Position numbers and translations under genes: made by a program. 64,000 nucleotides of DNA from Planctomycetota bacterium (GTDB lineage Bacteria; Planctomycetota; Phycisphaerae; Phycisphaerales; UBA5793): assembly GCA_013112555.1 (NCBI GenBank), contig JABFGK010000001.1:2729574-2793573 (forward strand), in the 5' to 3' direction. Of this stretch, positions 38,478-47,890 are shown piece after piece; the first letter of the stretch is position 1; every line of letters begins with the position of its first letter. Under the pieces are notes generated by a model that was not told where the DNA came from, searched no databases, and saw only the letters and a list, made by a program, of their open reading frames with translations.

Positions 38478-38999
38478 ATGGCATCTGACCCGGACACACG
38501 CGATCAACAGGGCGGTGAGGCAGAGCGATCGTCTGCGCGCAGGCCCCCTGCCAACGATGCGGCCCCTCCCGGCTCGATCTGCATTGATCTGCAGCCGGAG
38601 CGCCAGCGCATCGATGCCTTGCGCGATGAGATCGTGGCTGCCCTCACGGATGCCGGGTATACCGAGACGGCCTGCTTTGCCGTTCGGCTGGCGTATGAGG
38701 AAGCGATTACGAACGCTCGGGATCACGGCAACGATGGGCAGAGCGACCTGCCGATCCGGGTGGAGTATCACGTCACGCCGGCCCGGTTCTTTCTGCGAAT
38801 CGCCGACCAGGGGCATGGCTTCAATCCGAAGGCCGTCTCCGACCCGACGCTCCCGGAAAACCTGCTGAACCCGGCCGGTCGGGGGCTGCTGCTCATTCGT
38901 GCCTACATGTCCGAGGTCGCGTTCAATGACCGGGGCAATGAGATCACGTGCATCTACAAGAATCCGCAGCAGCCGCTGTCGGGTGAGCGCAGCGCGTAG
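38478..38999 (+). CDS. Anti-sigma regulatory factor, Ser/Thr protein kinase (RsbW/SpoIIAB-like, HATPase_c)
   Basis: LAYEEAITNARDHGN (N-box), IADQGHGFNP (G1-like) and AGRGLLLIRAYMSEVAFN (G2-like) are present. Immediately follows the STAS gene. Confidence 0.75.
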   Translation: MASDPDTRDQQGGEAERSSARRPPANDAAPPGSICIDLQPERQRIDALRDEIVAALTDAGYTETACFAVRLAYEEAITNARDHGNDGQSDLPIRVEYHVTPARFFLRIADQGHGFNPKAVSDPTLPENLLNPAGRGLLLIRAYMSEVAFNDRGNEITCIYKNPQQPLSGERSA

Positions 39000-39008
39000 A
39001 TCAGCGCG

Positions 39009-39032
39009 GCAGCAGCAGCAGCAGCAGCAGCA
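39009..39032. repeat. (GCA/CAG)8 trinucleotide microsatellite in the 44-bp convergent spacer between rsbW-like and recN
   Basis: GGCAGCAGCAGCAGCAGCAGCAGCAGCAA read directly from the sequence. Confidence 0.9.
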
Positions 39033-39043
39033 AACGGCTCATA

Positions 39044-40918
39044 TCATGGCTTTTGCTTGGATGCACGCTTGGAAGATGACTTCTTCCTGTCGGTCTTTGA
39101 GACTGAGGCCGCCGTCTTGGGGCGTGTTTTCTTCTTCTTCGTCACGCGCTGCGTGACGGTGACTTCGGGCACATTCGTTGATGACCCGTTATCGCCTACG
39201 CTGCCTTCGGCCCGCTGGAGCAGTTCGATTGCCTGGTTCCGGCTCGTCTCGGAGACCTGTTTGCCGGCCATCATTTCAGCCAGTTCGGCCACCCGACGGT
39301 CGCGGTCCTCGAGGATCGTGACGGAGGTCGTGGTCTGTTTGCCGTCGGTCTGCTTGCTGATATGGAAGTGTCGATCGGCATAGGCAGCGATCTGCGGCAG
39401 GTGGGTAATGCACAGGACCTGATGGTGTTGTGCCAGGGCCCGGAGTTTGGAGCCGATCACGGTGCCGAGGCGCCCCCCCACTTTCGCGTCGATTTCATCA
39501 AAGACGAGCACGCTGACCCGTTCGGACTGGGCCAGCACGGATTTGACGGCGAGCATGATGCGGGACAGTTCGCCACCTGATGCCACGGATCGCAACGGCG
39601 CCAGCGGCAGGCCGGGATTCAGCCGGATCATCATCTCGATCCGATCCCCCCCGCTCGGGCCGGGCTCATCGGCAGCGTCAATCTGAATGGTGAACTCGGC
39701 ATCGGGCAAGGCAAGTTCGTGCAACTCGGCCACGATTCGCGGTTCGAGTGTCGTGCAGGCAGCCCGACGTGCTTTTGATAACTCGGATGCCGTGTCTGCC
39801 AACTCGGTGTCGATCGCAGCCAGTTCGTGCTCGGCCTGCTCCGATTCATGGTGGACGTTTCTGAGAGATTCGATCTCGGTATCGAGGGTGCGACGAAACT
39901 CGAAGACGCTGTCCATGCCGCGGTCGCCGTACTTCGAGGCGAGGCGATTCAGTGCATTGAGCCGGTCGGCCACTTCATCGAGTTCAACGGGGCTGTGATC
40001 AAGGCGTGAGAGATAGGTGCCGAGTTGGAAGGCAACATCCTGCAGGCCGGCCCCGGCTGACTCGACGGCTGCGAGTACTTCGCCCAACTCTTCATCAAGT
40101 TCAGCCAGCCGACGGAGGACCGAGACAATCCCGGTAAGCCGTTCGACGATTGACCCATCCGATTCGTACAAGGCTGCACGGACGAGGCCGGCATCCTTTT
40201 GCAGCGTCTGCAGGTTATTCAGGAGCCGATGGCGTGCCAGCAGTTCTTCATACTCCCCCTGGCAGGGATCGACGGCATCGATTTCATCAGCCTGGAAGAG
40301 GCACAGGTCCAGTTGCTGTGCCCGAAGCCTACTGGAGGCCTGTGCAGCCTCGATGCGACCCTTGAGTTCACGGCGTCGCTCATACAGCAGCCCATACTGC
40401 TGCCTGAGGGACCGCAGGTTTGCAAAGGTGTCGAGCACGTCGAGCTGATTGGCCGGTTGGAGCAGATGGATCCAATCATGCTGCGCTGATGCTGCCGCCC
40501 CGCCGCCGCCGGCTGCATGGAGATCAATCAGCATTGAGCCGATACGCTTCAGGATCGACGCAGTGGTCGGATGCCCGTTGATGCTCGTGCTGGAGCGTCC
40601 TGCTGCACTGAGGCGTCGTGTGACGAGCATCGGCTCGTGTGGATCGGAGATGTCCTCAACGGCCAGGTCGGCGACATTTGCGATTTTGTGTGCGATCTCA
40701 GGATCGTGAATCTCGAATAAACCAGTGACGCGGCCTTCTCGGGTGCCCGGTCTGAGCAGGTCGGTTGAGATGCGACGGCCCAGAAGTATGTCGAAGGCAC
40801 CCAGCAACAGCGATTTACCGGCACCGGTCGGCCCGGTGAACACGTTCAGACCGGCATGGAGGTCGATGCAGGCAGACTCGATGACGGCCAGATTCGAGAT
40901 ATGCAGTTCGCGAAGCAT
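39044..40918 (-). CDS. recN: DNA repair protein RecN with a Lys-rich C-terminal tail
   Basis: MLRELHISNLAVIESACIDLHAGLNVFTGPTGAGKSLLLGAFDILLG (Walker A), a long coiled-coil, and the C-terminal SMC signature (GGELSRIMLAVK...VLVFDEIDAKVGG). The last ~45 aa are TKKKKTRPKTAASVSKTDRKKSSSKRASKQKP. Confidence 0.9.
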   Translation of the reverse strand: MLRELHISNLAVIESACIDLHAGLNVFTGPTGAGKSLLLGAFDILLGRRISTDLLRPGTREGRVTGLFEIHDPEIAHKIANVADLAVEDISDPHEPMLVTRRLSAAGRSSTSINGHPTTASILKRIGSMLIDLHAAGGGGAAASAQHDWIHLLQPANQLDVLDTFANLRSLRQQYGLLYERRRELKGRIEAAQASSRLRAQQLDLCLFQADEIDAVDPCQGEYEELLARHRLLNNLQTLQKDAGLVRAALYESDGSIVERLTGIVSVLRRLAELDEELGEVLAAVESAGAGLQDVAFQLGTYLSRLDHSPVELDEVADRLNALNRLASKYGDRGMDSVFEFRRTLDTEIESLRNVHHESEQAEHELAAIDTELADTASELSKARRAACTTLEPRIVAELHELALPDAEFTIQIDAADEPGPSGGDRIEMMIRLNPGLPLAPLRSVASGGELSRIMLAVKSVLAQSERVSVLVFDEIDAKVGGRLGTVIGSKLRALAQHHQVLCITHLPQIAAYADRHFHISKQTDGKQTTTSVTILEDRDRRVAELAEMMAGKQVSETSRNQAIELLQRAEGSVGDNGSSTNVPEVTVTQRVTKKKKTRPKTAASVSKTDRKKSSSKRASKQKP

Positions 40919-41024
40919 GGGTATGTGGACAGAGTGTAGACGCGGGCAGGGACGGCAGGCCAGCCGATTGCAGCCGAACCTGCTTCATCGACGGGCGGGA
41001 GCGGTATAATTCCGGGGAACACGC

Positions 41025-41912
41025 ATGAGTACACCACATCTGACAATCCCGAGATCGCACCCAAGCATCCGGCGCTGGATGATGACGATCGCGGCCTGCC
41101 TCCTACTGGTCAGCGCTGTGCTGCCGGCCGGTCCGTTTGGTTTTGCCTGGGCGCTGCAGGATGCGTCGGAAGAGGCATCATCGTCGCAGCAGACGCAGGC
41201 TGTGCAGGCGATCCCGGCCTATCGACAGGCCAATGAGTTCGTCATCATCCCGATCAGCGGTGCCATCGACATGGTGACCGTGCGATCGGTTGAACGTCGC
41301 CTTCAGTATGCGGTCGATGCCCAGGCACAGGCCGCGGTGTTTGAACTCGATACCCCGGGCGGCTTGGCCGTCGCAGCCCTTGAGATCTGCGAGTTGATCA
41401 AGGGGACGTCGATCCCGCTCACGGTGGCGTGGGTCCATTCAGACGCGTACTCGGCCGGCACATTGATTGCGCTGGCGTGCGATGAGATTGTGATGGCCCC
41501 GTTTTCGGACATGGGGGACTGTGCCCCGATCATACCGTGGCGGAATCTGGAGGATGCCGAACGGGCCAAAGCCGAATCGCCGCTGCTGGCCGAAGTCGTT
41601 GACTCAGCCCGGCGCCACGGGTACGACGAGAAATTGGCGATGTCGTTTATCGCTCACGACATTGAACTGTGGCTGATTGAGAACGTTGAGACCGGGGACC
41701 AGGTCTTTGTCGACCGGATTGAATATGAGACGGTCTTTGGTGAGGCCCCTCCGGAATCGGCTCGCAAACGGGCCTCGGGCGGATCGAGCCCGACGGGTCA
41801 TCAGCCGACGACCGGTCGGATTCTGCCGTACCTTGAACGGCGTCCGGGCAGTCCCGGCGGGACGGGGGCAGCCCCAACCGAGGGGGAACGTGCCGACACC
41901 GGCCGAGCGTGA
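41025..41912 (+). CDS. NfeD-like membrane-bound ClpP-class serine protease domain protein
   Basis: N-terminal signal/anchor, then FVIIPISGAIDMVTVRSVERRLQYAVDAQAQAAVFELDTPGGLAVAALEICELI...HSDAYSAGTLIALACDEIVMAP (NfeD/SppA protease fold, Ser in AYSAG). The last ~45 aa are Gly/Pro-rich low complexity. Confidence 0.7.
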   Translation: MSTPHLTIPRSHPSIRRWMMTIAACLLLVSAVLPAGPFGFAWALQDASEEASSSQQTQAVQAIPAYRQANEFVIIPISGAIDMVTVRSVERRLQYAVDAQAQAAVFELDTPGGLAVAALEICELIKGTSIPLTVAWVHSDAYSAGTLIALACDEIVMAPFSDMGDCAPIIPWRNLEDAERAKAESPLLAEVVDSARRHGYDEKLAMSFIAHDIELWLIENVETGDQVFVDRIEYETVFGEAPPESARKRASGGSSPTGHQPTTGRILPYLERRPGSPGGTGAAPTEGERADTGRA

Positions 41913-41925
41913 TGCAGAGGTCGAG

Positions 41926-42876
41926 ATGCAGCAATCACTGCCCTCCCCGCGGCCGGAGTTGACGACCGCTGATCGCGGCAAGTACCGGTTGCTGGAGACG
42001 GTGGTTGATGACAAGACGCTGCTGACGGTCAAGCGAGAGCAGGCTGAGCGGTATGCCTTGAGCAAGGGCGTCATTTCGAGCGACGAGGAGTTGAAGGCCT
42101 ACTTCGGCGCCCAGGGGTACGTTCGGTATGAAGCGAGCTGGTCGGAGGGGTTGGTCGTGATCCTGACGAGCCTGCCGGTACGGATCGCCCTGGTCCTGAT
42201 CTTTGCCATCGGGCTGTTGTGGGAGATGTCCACGCCGGGCATGGGCGTGCCGGCCGGGATGGCACTCGTGGCGTTGTTGGTTTTGCTTGGAGCACCGGCC
42301 CTGACCGGGATGGCCCAATGGTGGGATATCGCGCTGGTGCTGGCAGGCATTGTGTTGATTGCGGCCGAGTTGTTTGTGATCCCCGGCTTCGGTATTGCCG
42401 GTGTGTCGGGGCTGATCTGCCTCGGGATTGGCTTCGTGGGAACGTTTGTGGCCCCGGACCCGAGCGGTGGGATCCTGCCGGCCTCCGCGTCGGCGCGGGA
42501 TGCGCTGGCCCGTGGTTCCGGCGTGATGGTGCTCTGCGGTTTTGCGGTGGTGGTCCTGGGCTACTACATGAGCCAATACATCGGGCACATCCCGCTATTC
42601 GGCAAGTTGGTGCTCACTGAGTCCGTTCGCGACTTCGCTGAGCCGCAGACGGTACTCGGGGCCATGGCTGCCACGGGTTCGGCCGGTGGGCTGCCGGCAA
42701 CGGGTGAGCCGGGCACGGCCTTGACGGCTTTACGACCGATCGGACGCGCACGGATCGCCGGGAATGTGTACGATGTGGTCGCAAACCACGGCAGTATTGA
42801 GGCCGGTGCGCCGCTGCGGGTGGTCGAATCGAGCAAGTTCCGAATCGTCGTCGAGGCAGACGGGCACCATGGTTGA
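41926..42876 (+). CDS. NfeD family membrane + C-terminal OB-fold part (possibly the C-terminal portion of the preceding gene, separated by a frameshift)
   Basis: MQQSLPS... soluble linker resembling the C-terminal end of NfeD protease domains (ALSKGVISSDEELKAYFG), 4-5 TM helices, and a C-terminal NfeD OB-fold (RARIAGNVYDVVANHGSIEAGAPLRVVESSKFRIVV). The ORF track extends upstream (41677) as an Arg-rich, stop-free frame overlapping the previous gene. Confidence 0.55.
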   Translation: MQQSLPSPRPELTTADRGKYRLLETVVDDKTLLTVKREQAERYALSKGVISSDEELKAYFGAQGYVRYEASWSEGLVVILTSLPVRIALVLIFAIGLLWEMSTPGMGVPAGMALVALLVLLGAPALTGMAQWWDIALVLAGIVLIAAELFVIPGFGIAGVSGLICLGIGFVGTFVAPDPSGGILPASASARDALARGSGVMVLCGFAVVVLGYYMSQYIGHIPLFGKLVLTESVRDFAEPQTVLGAMAATGSAGGLPATGEPGTALTALRPIGRARIAGNVYDVVANHGSIEAGAPLRVVESSKFRIVVEADGHHG

Positions 42877-43402
42877 TACAGATCCGCTTCTCTACTGGGT
42901 CATTGGGCTCTTCGTCATCGCGATTGCGATTTTCGTGATCGAGTTGTTTGTGCCGTCGGGGGGAATCCTCGGCGTGGCTGCCCTCATCTTTGCGCTGGCA
43001 GGGGTGGCAACGGCGTTCAAGCACAGTGCCGAGATGGGGGCTGCCGCCTCCGGGTTCCTGATCGTGGCGACCCCCTGCGCCTTCTGGTTATTCCTGAAGG
43101 TGTTCCCGCATACACCGGTCGGCAGACGGCTGATTCTCAGTGACGATGCGACGGACTCTGATGAGGCCCGTGCCAAGCGTGACCATGAAAAGCATGACGA
43201 ATCAACGGCCTTGTCTGCGCTGGTCGGTGCCACCGGAATCGCCGTGACTGACTTGAAGCCGGGCGGCACGGTACGAATTGATGGCCAAGACGTTGAAGCA
43301 TTCGCCGATCTCGGAATGATCGCAGCCCACACCAACGTCGTCGTGACCAGAATTGTCGGCCGGCAGATTCGCGTTCAGGCCGACGACAATCAAACAGCCT
43401 GA
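42869..43402 (+). CDS. Short-form NfeD (two TM + OB-fold) protein
   Basis: MVDTDPLLYWVIGLFVIAIAIFVIELFVPSGGILGVAALIFALAGV (TMs) and C-terminal GTVRIDGQDVEAFADLGMIAAHTNVVVTRIVGRQIRV (OB-fold). The start overlaps the previous stop (ATGGTTGA). Confidence 0.65.
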   Translation: MVDTDPLLYWVIGLFVIAIAIFVIELFVPSGGILGVAALIFALAGVATAFKHSAEMGAAASGFLIVATPCAFWLFLKVFPHTPVGRRLILSDDATDSDEARAKRDHEKHDESTALSALVGATGIAVTDLKPGGTVRIDGQDVEAFADLGMIAAHTNVVVTRIVGRQIRVQADDNQTA

Positions 43403-43429
43403 GGCTGAGCGCCCGGCATCAACGCAATC

Positions 43430-43793
43430 CGGTTCTTGCACGTTGCCGGCATATGGCACCGTTTCGAGCGTTTGGCCTTTCTATTGGCCGGTCATTTGGT
43501 ATATTGGGTTGACTCTGTAGACATCGCGCGCATTCTTTACGGGTTCAGGCAGCGATCCAAATCGGATAAAATGATCTAATGCCGCGATTTGTAAAGGGCG
43601 TCCTCATTCCGATTCAGCCCCTGATGACACCAAATGTGGCAGCATGACTCTTGCACAGTGAATTACTTGATCTAGATACACTCCAGAGACACTTCAAACA
43701 GCAAGGAGAGCGAACTCATCTAACGATCCCAACATGCATTCGCATGGTGCACAATCTTGTACTTATTATCCTTTATTGCTGAGGAGGTGTTCC
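43430..43793 (+). promoter_or_regulatory. AT-richer intergenic island; likely promoter/regulatory region of the NHL-cytochrome operon
   Basis: Markedly lower GC than the flanks. Contains TTGACT...(17 nt)...ATTCTT-like hexamers and a GAGGAGGTG RBS before the NHL gene ATG at 43794. Confidence 0.3.
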
Positions 43794-44732
43794 ATGTATG
43801 GAAGGGCTGCACTCGCATTGTCACTTCTTGCAGGAATCACGGGGGCGTGGCGAGGTGGGCACCCACCACCCTCAACTTCCGGCGGTGGGAAGATGGCGTC
43901 GGCGAAGTTCGTCACGCCAACCCGAATGGCCGTTCTTGATGAGGAGTTTCTCCTCGTCACCGATGCCGGCTCGCAAAGCATCGTCAAGTACCGGATTTCG
44001 GACGGCGAGGCTGTCCAGTCCGTTGCGATTGAGGGCAAGCCGCTTGCCATCGGCTGTCTCGACGGTCGTGTCTATGTCGGGAACGATGAGACGGACCGGA
44101 TTGAGATCTATTCGGACCGAGGCACGTATCTCGGGGCACTCGAAGGGACCGGCAGTGCTGTCGGATCCCCGTCTGATCTGGCCATTGATGCCACGGATCG
44201 ATTGATGTTCGTTGTCGATTCGAAGGCCTGTGATGTCAAGGTCTTTGACCTGGACCGGGCCGGCGGCGAGATGGTCTACACGATCTCACGCAAGGGTGAG
44301 AATGCAGACGAGTTTCAGAAGCCGACGGCGATCGCGATTGATCCGGTCGCCAAGGAAGTCTTTGTCAGTGACTACGGGGACGAGGAGAACGCAAGCCTCA
44401 ACCCGCGGGTGCTGGTTTTCAGTTACGATGGACTGTACCAGACAGCCTTGTCGGGCAAGGGCGGCGCCAACGGCTATCGCTACTCGAAACCGCAGGGACT
44501 CGCCGTCAACGATCTGGGCCATGTGTTTGTGACCGATGCCTGGTTTGGCGAGATCTGCATCATGGACCGGGCCACCGGTGAGGAAGTCACCACGCTCGGG
44601 TCCTACGGCAAGGAGCCGGGACAACTCTGGTTACCGCTGGATATTGTCATCACCGGCGAGAACAAGGATCTGTATGTGACGAACAGTCGCGTCCACCGCA
44701 TCGAGGTGTTTGCGGAAGGTGGGCAGAACTGA
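43794..44732 (+). CDS. NHL-repeat beta-propeller protein (secreted)
   Basis: Signal peptide (MYGRAALALSLLAGITGAWRG). Repeated NHL-like blades (LLVTDAGSQSIVKY, VYVGNDETDRIEIY, MFVVDSKACDVKVF, VFVSDYGDEENASLNPRVLVF, VFVTDAWFGEICIM, LYVTNSRVHRIEVF). Its stop overlaps the start of the next gene (TGATG). Confidence 0.8.
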   Translation: MYGRAALALSLLAGITGAWRGGHPPPSTSGGGKMASAKFVTPTRMAVLDEEFLLVTDAGSQSIVKYRISDGEAVQSVAIEGKPLAIGCLDGRVYVGNDETDRIEIYSDRGTYLGALEGTGSAVGSPSDLAIDATDRLMFVVDSKACDVKVFDLDRAGGEMVYTISRKGENADEFQKPTAIAIDPVAKEVFVSDYGDEENASLNPRVLVFSYDGLYQTALSGKGGANGYRYSKPQGLAVNDLGHVFVTDAWFGEICIMDRATGEEVTTLGSYGKEPGQLWLPLDIVITGENKDLYVTNSRVHRIEVFAEGGQN

Positions 44733-46687
44733 TGAAGACGATCACACATCGATCGCTACTTAGCATGCTCACAATTGGTACGGCGCTGGCCGCTGTCACG
44801 GCTTCGGCGATTGCGTTTCAGGACAGTGACCCGGCTCTGAATCCAAATCACGAGTGTTCGTTCTGCCATTCGGTGCACGGCTCGGAGGGCCCGAGTCTGA
44901 CGAATATGGAGGACGTTGAGTTACTGTGCCTGACGTGTCATGGCCCCGGCGGCCCGTCTGAACTGAAGGCCGAAGCCCATCACAATCGCGATGGCTCACG
45001 CTTCGACCCGTTTTCAATGACGTGTACGCAATGCCATGATCCGCATGACAGTCTGGAGAACTGGTTGGGTGGCATGAATGTCAAGATGGTCGGGACGGTT
45101 CAGGACAAGTGGTCCTGGCCGTGGCTGGCGCAACTCGATACGCCCAACAGTGGGGTACGCGATGTCGTGTTTGAGAGCCGAGGCAGTTCCGAAGGTGAAC
45201 CGACGCTTCATTCGTTTGCCGACGGCGACGAGGACGGCAACGGGTACTATGACGGTGTCTGTGAGAGTTGCCACACGATGACGAACTTCCACACGAACAG
45301 TGGGAGCGGCATCTATCACTACACCGGCGCGACGTGTACCGGATGTCACACGCACGAATCCGGCTTCACGCCTCAATGGGGCAACTGCACGGATTGTCAC
45401 AGTGCCGCCCAGGGTGATCGGCGCGAGGTGGTCAGCGAGTTTCGACTCTCAAGCCATCACGTTCATTCGCTCGAGTTGGACCCTGCTGACTGCCTGGTCT
45501 GCCACGACACATCGCAGCACATGGGCGGCCAGGTTCGGTTGAACAATGTGGACACGGCCGACGTCATCCCGTTGACCGGTGATCCGGCAGCCGACCCGAC
45601 CGAAGCCGTCAAACTGGAGTCGTTCTGCCTGGCTTGCCATGATGCCGACGGTGCCAACGGGAACGCTCCGTTTACCGACGGGAAGATGCCGGTGGCCGTC
45701 GACTCGCTGCTGTGGGACGGGAGTTCGCACCGCGCAGGTGGGTCGGCTGGGCCGATGACCTGCTTCGGAGACGGCGAAACGTTCGGCTGCCATGCCAGCG
45801 GGCACGGGTCGAACAAGAACATGATCCTCGCGCCGGCCGATGCCTCGCAGCCGCCGATCAACGGCGACCCGCTGCGGGAAGAGGAAGGCATGTGCTACAC
45901 CTGCCATGACGCGGACGGCCCGGCTGTCACGGATGTCTCTGCGATGTTCCAGAAGACGTCGCGGCATGCCGTCAGTTCATTGGATCAGGGCAACGGCGCG
46001 AAGGTCGAGTGTGTGAATTGTCACAATCCGCACTATGCGACCTCCGCAGAAGTGTTGGCTGACCCGGATGACACGGACGTATTGTGGGGCGGCACGGGCG
46101 TGTCGTTCTGCCTGACGTGTCACGATGATGCGCCGCCGGCTGATGTGTCCTTCCCGCCGAACTCAAACGGGACGGGCTATGACAAGTCGTACTTTGTCGG
46201 CACGACGCATGCAACCGAGGTCGGCCCGGAGGCATGCCGTCACTGCCACGATGCGCACGGGGCGGACTACATGTTCCTGATGCCTCGTAAGTACATGATG
46301 AACGATAACAACAACTACTACTATGGCGACGGCGACTTTGCCCTGTGCTGGAGTTGCCATGATGAATGGTCGTGGTTTAATGAGGATAACGCCTTTGGCA
46401 GCAAACACGAAAAGCACGTGGACGAGGAAAACAGCCCGTGCATCTGTTGCCATGACGTTCATGGTGCCTTTGAGGACGGCGAGCCGGGTCTTATTAACCT
46501 GGATTGGCCGTCGCATCATGCGTACAACCTGTACTTTATCGATGGGTATGACGGGAATACGGCCTACTGGCTGAACGGCAGTGGCGATCGCGGGTATTGT
46601 TATATCTGGTGCCACGGCAAGCCGCATCGGCCGAGGTCATATGCCCGGACTCCGAACCCGATGGTCGATTGTTCGGATTGTCATTAG
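44732..46687 (+). CDS. Multiheme c-type cytochrome (about 14 CXXCH), paralog of 9070-11118
   Basis: Signal peptide, then CSFCH, CLTCH, CTQCH, CESCH, CTGCH, CTDCH, CLVCH, CLACH, CYTCH, CVNCH, CLTCH, CRHCH, CWSCH and CICCH. The N-terminal ~110 aa share the motif order and the LENWLGG block with the 9070-11118 product. Confidence 0.85.
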   Translation: MKTITHRSLLSMLTIGTALAAVTASAIAFQDSDPALNPNHECSFCHSVHGSEGPSLTNMEDVELLCLTCHGPGGPSELKAEAHHNRDGSRFDPFSMTCTQCHDPHDSLENWLGGMNVKMVGTVQDKWSWPWLAQLDTPNSGVRDVVFESRGSSEGEPTLHSFADGDEDGNGYYDGVCESCHTMTNFHTNSGSGIYHYTGATCTGCHTHESGFTPQWGNCTDCHSAAQGDRREVVSEFRLSSHHVHSLELDPADCLVCHDTSQHMGGQVRLNNVDTADVIPLTGDPAADPTEAVKLESFCLACHDADGANGNAPFTDGKMPVAVDSLLWDGSSHRAGGSAGPMTCFGDGETFGCHASGHGSNKNMILAPADASQPPINGDPLREEEGMCYTCHDADGPAVTDVSAMFQKTSRHAVSSLDQGNGAKVECVNCHNPHYATSAEVLADPDDTDVLWGGTGVSFCLTCHDDAPPADVSFPPNSNGTGYDKSYFVGTTHATEVGPEACRHCHDAHGADYMFLMPRKYMMNDNNNYYYGDGDFALCWSCHDEWSWFNEDNAFGSKHEKHVDEENSPCICCHDVHGAFEDGEPGLINLDWPSHHAYNLYFIDGYDGNTAYWLNGSGDRGYCYIWCHGKPHRPRSYARTPNPMVDCSDCH

Positions 46688-46725
46688 GAGTTGATTAAGC
46701 CGGGTCGGGTTTGATTGCAAGAACA

Positions 46726-46768
46726 CAGGGCAGCCTCGTTGATCGGGGTTGCCCTGTTTTTCTTTGTT
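46726..46768 (+). terminator. Rho-independent terminator after the cytochrome gene
   Basis: CAGGGCAGCCTCGTTGATCGGGGTTGCCCTG hairpin followed by TTTTTCTTTGTT. Confidence 0.55.
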
Positions 46769-46771
46769 GCC

Positions 46772-47225
46772 GGGTCCTGGGGTGAGCGCTCGAGGACTCG
46801 CTTGTCACCCCAGGCTAGAGACGACCACCGCTACGCGGTGAGGAGAGGAAAAGGAAGGAGGGGTGAGGGAGGTGAGGGGGTTGGTGATGGGCTTCGGGTC
46901 CTGGGGTGAGCGCTCGAGGACTCGCTTGTTCACCCCAGGCTAGAAACGACCACCGCTACGCGGTGAGGAGAGGAAAAGGAAGGAGGGGTGAGGGAGGTGA
47001 GGGGGTTGGTGATGGGCTTCGGGTCCTGGGGTGAGCGCTCGAGGACTCGCTTGTCACCCCAGGCTAGAGACGACCACCGCTACGCGGTGAAGAAGGGAAT
47101 AAGGAAGGAAGGGGTGGGTTGGTGATGGGCGATCGGGTCCTGGGGTGAGCGCTCGAGGACTCGCTTGTTCACCCCAGGCTAGAGACGACCACCGCTACGC
47201 GGTGAAGAGAGGGGAAGGAGGGAGG
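46772..47225. repeat. Array of four tandem REP-like palindromic units (period about 117-126 bp) upstream of the RAYT gene
   Basis: Units begin near 46772, 46895, 47021 and 47136. Each contains CCTGGGGTGA-GCGCTCGAGGACTCGCTTG-TCACCCCAGG (10-bp stem hairpin), then GACCACCGCTACGCGGTGAG (second small palindrome) and a purine-rich GGAAGGAGGGGTGAGGGAGG tract. Confidence 0.85.
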
Positions 47226-47436
47226 GGGCCATTGTGTTATCAAGCATGGTGATCGCATGAATCAACAGGCCGAAGGCCTGCGACGTCTGTAGCCGGGTGT
47301 GGAGTGAGTCGATGCACCGCATCGACGAATGACACGCCCGGTAGTCGGATGCACCTCTCCCCCCCTCTCCCCCCCTACCCTCACGCTCATATTCCAAAGC
47401 AGCCTGAAGGGCTGCTCGTGACTATGGTGTGTACCC

Positions 47437-47890
47437 ATGGCCTCCACACTTACCAAACTTCTTATCCATATTACGTTCTCGACAAAGAACAGAGCACAAC
47501 TGATCCTGCCGGAAGTAGAGCATGATCTGTATGCATATGTCGGGGGCATATGTCGCAACGCACACTCACCCCTTCTTGCCATAGGAGGGACGGCAGATCA
47601 TATTCACTTGCTTGTGAAACTCGGGAAGACCACAGCGGCTCTCGGACCTGCTGCTGGGCATCAAACGAGATTCGGCACGATGGGTCAACGAGAACCGATT
47701 GTTAGAAAAGCCGTTGCATTGGCAACGAGGGTATTTTGCATTCTCAATCGGTCAGTCCGGCGTCATGGCTTTGCGTACATACATTGCGAATCAGAAGGAA
47801 CATCATAAATCTATGGCGTTCAAGGATGAGGTGCGGGCATTCTTCAGGAAATATGGCGTTGAGTATGATGATAAATATGTTTGGGACTAG
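47437..47890 (+). pseudogene. REP-associated tyrosine transposase (RAYT, IS200/IS605 TnpA-like) with an apparent +1 frameshift
   Basis: Frame 1: MASTLTKLLIHITFSTKNRAQLILPEVEHDLYAYVGGICRNAHSPLLAIGGTADHIHLLVKLGKTTA (the HuH motif HIHLLV). Frame 2 from about 47640: SDLLLGIKRDSARWVNENRLLEKPLHWQRGYFAFSIGQSGVMALRTYIANQKEHH (the catalytic-Tyr region WQRGYFA). The two frames together make a complete ~150-aa RAYT; separately neither is complete. Flanked by REP arrays on both sides. Confidence 0.75.

Noticed and set aside
46772-47225. Possible CRISPR array (regular ~120-bp periodic repeats)
   Set aside because: The repeat units are ~120 bp with no unique spacers between them (whole units are near-identical, including the intervening sequence). 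There are no cas genes, and the palindromes match the REP modules that flank a RAYT gene.
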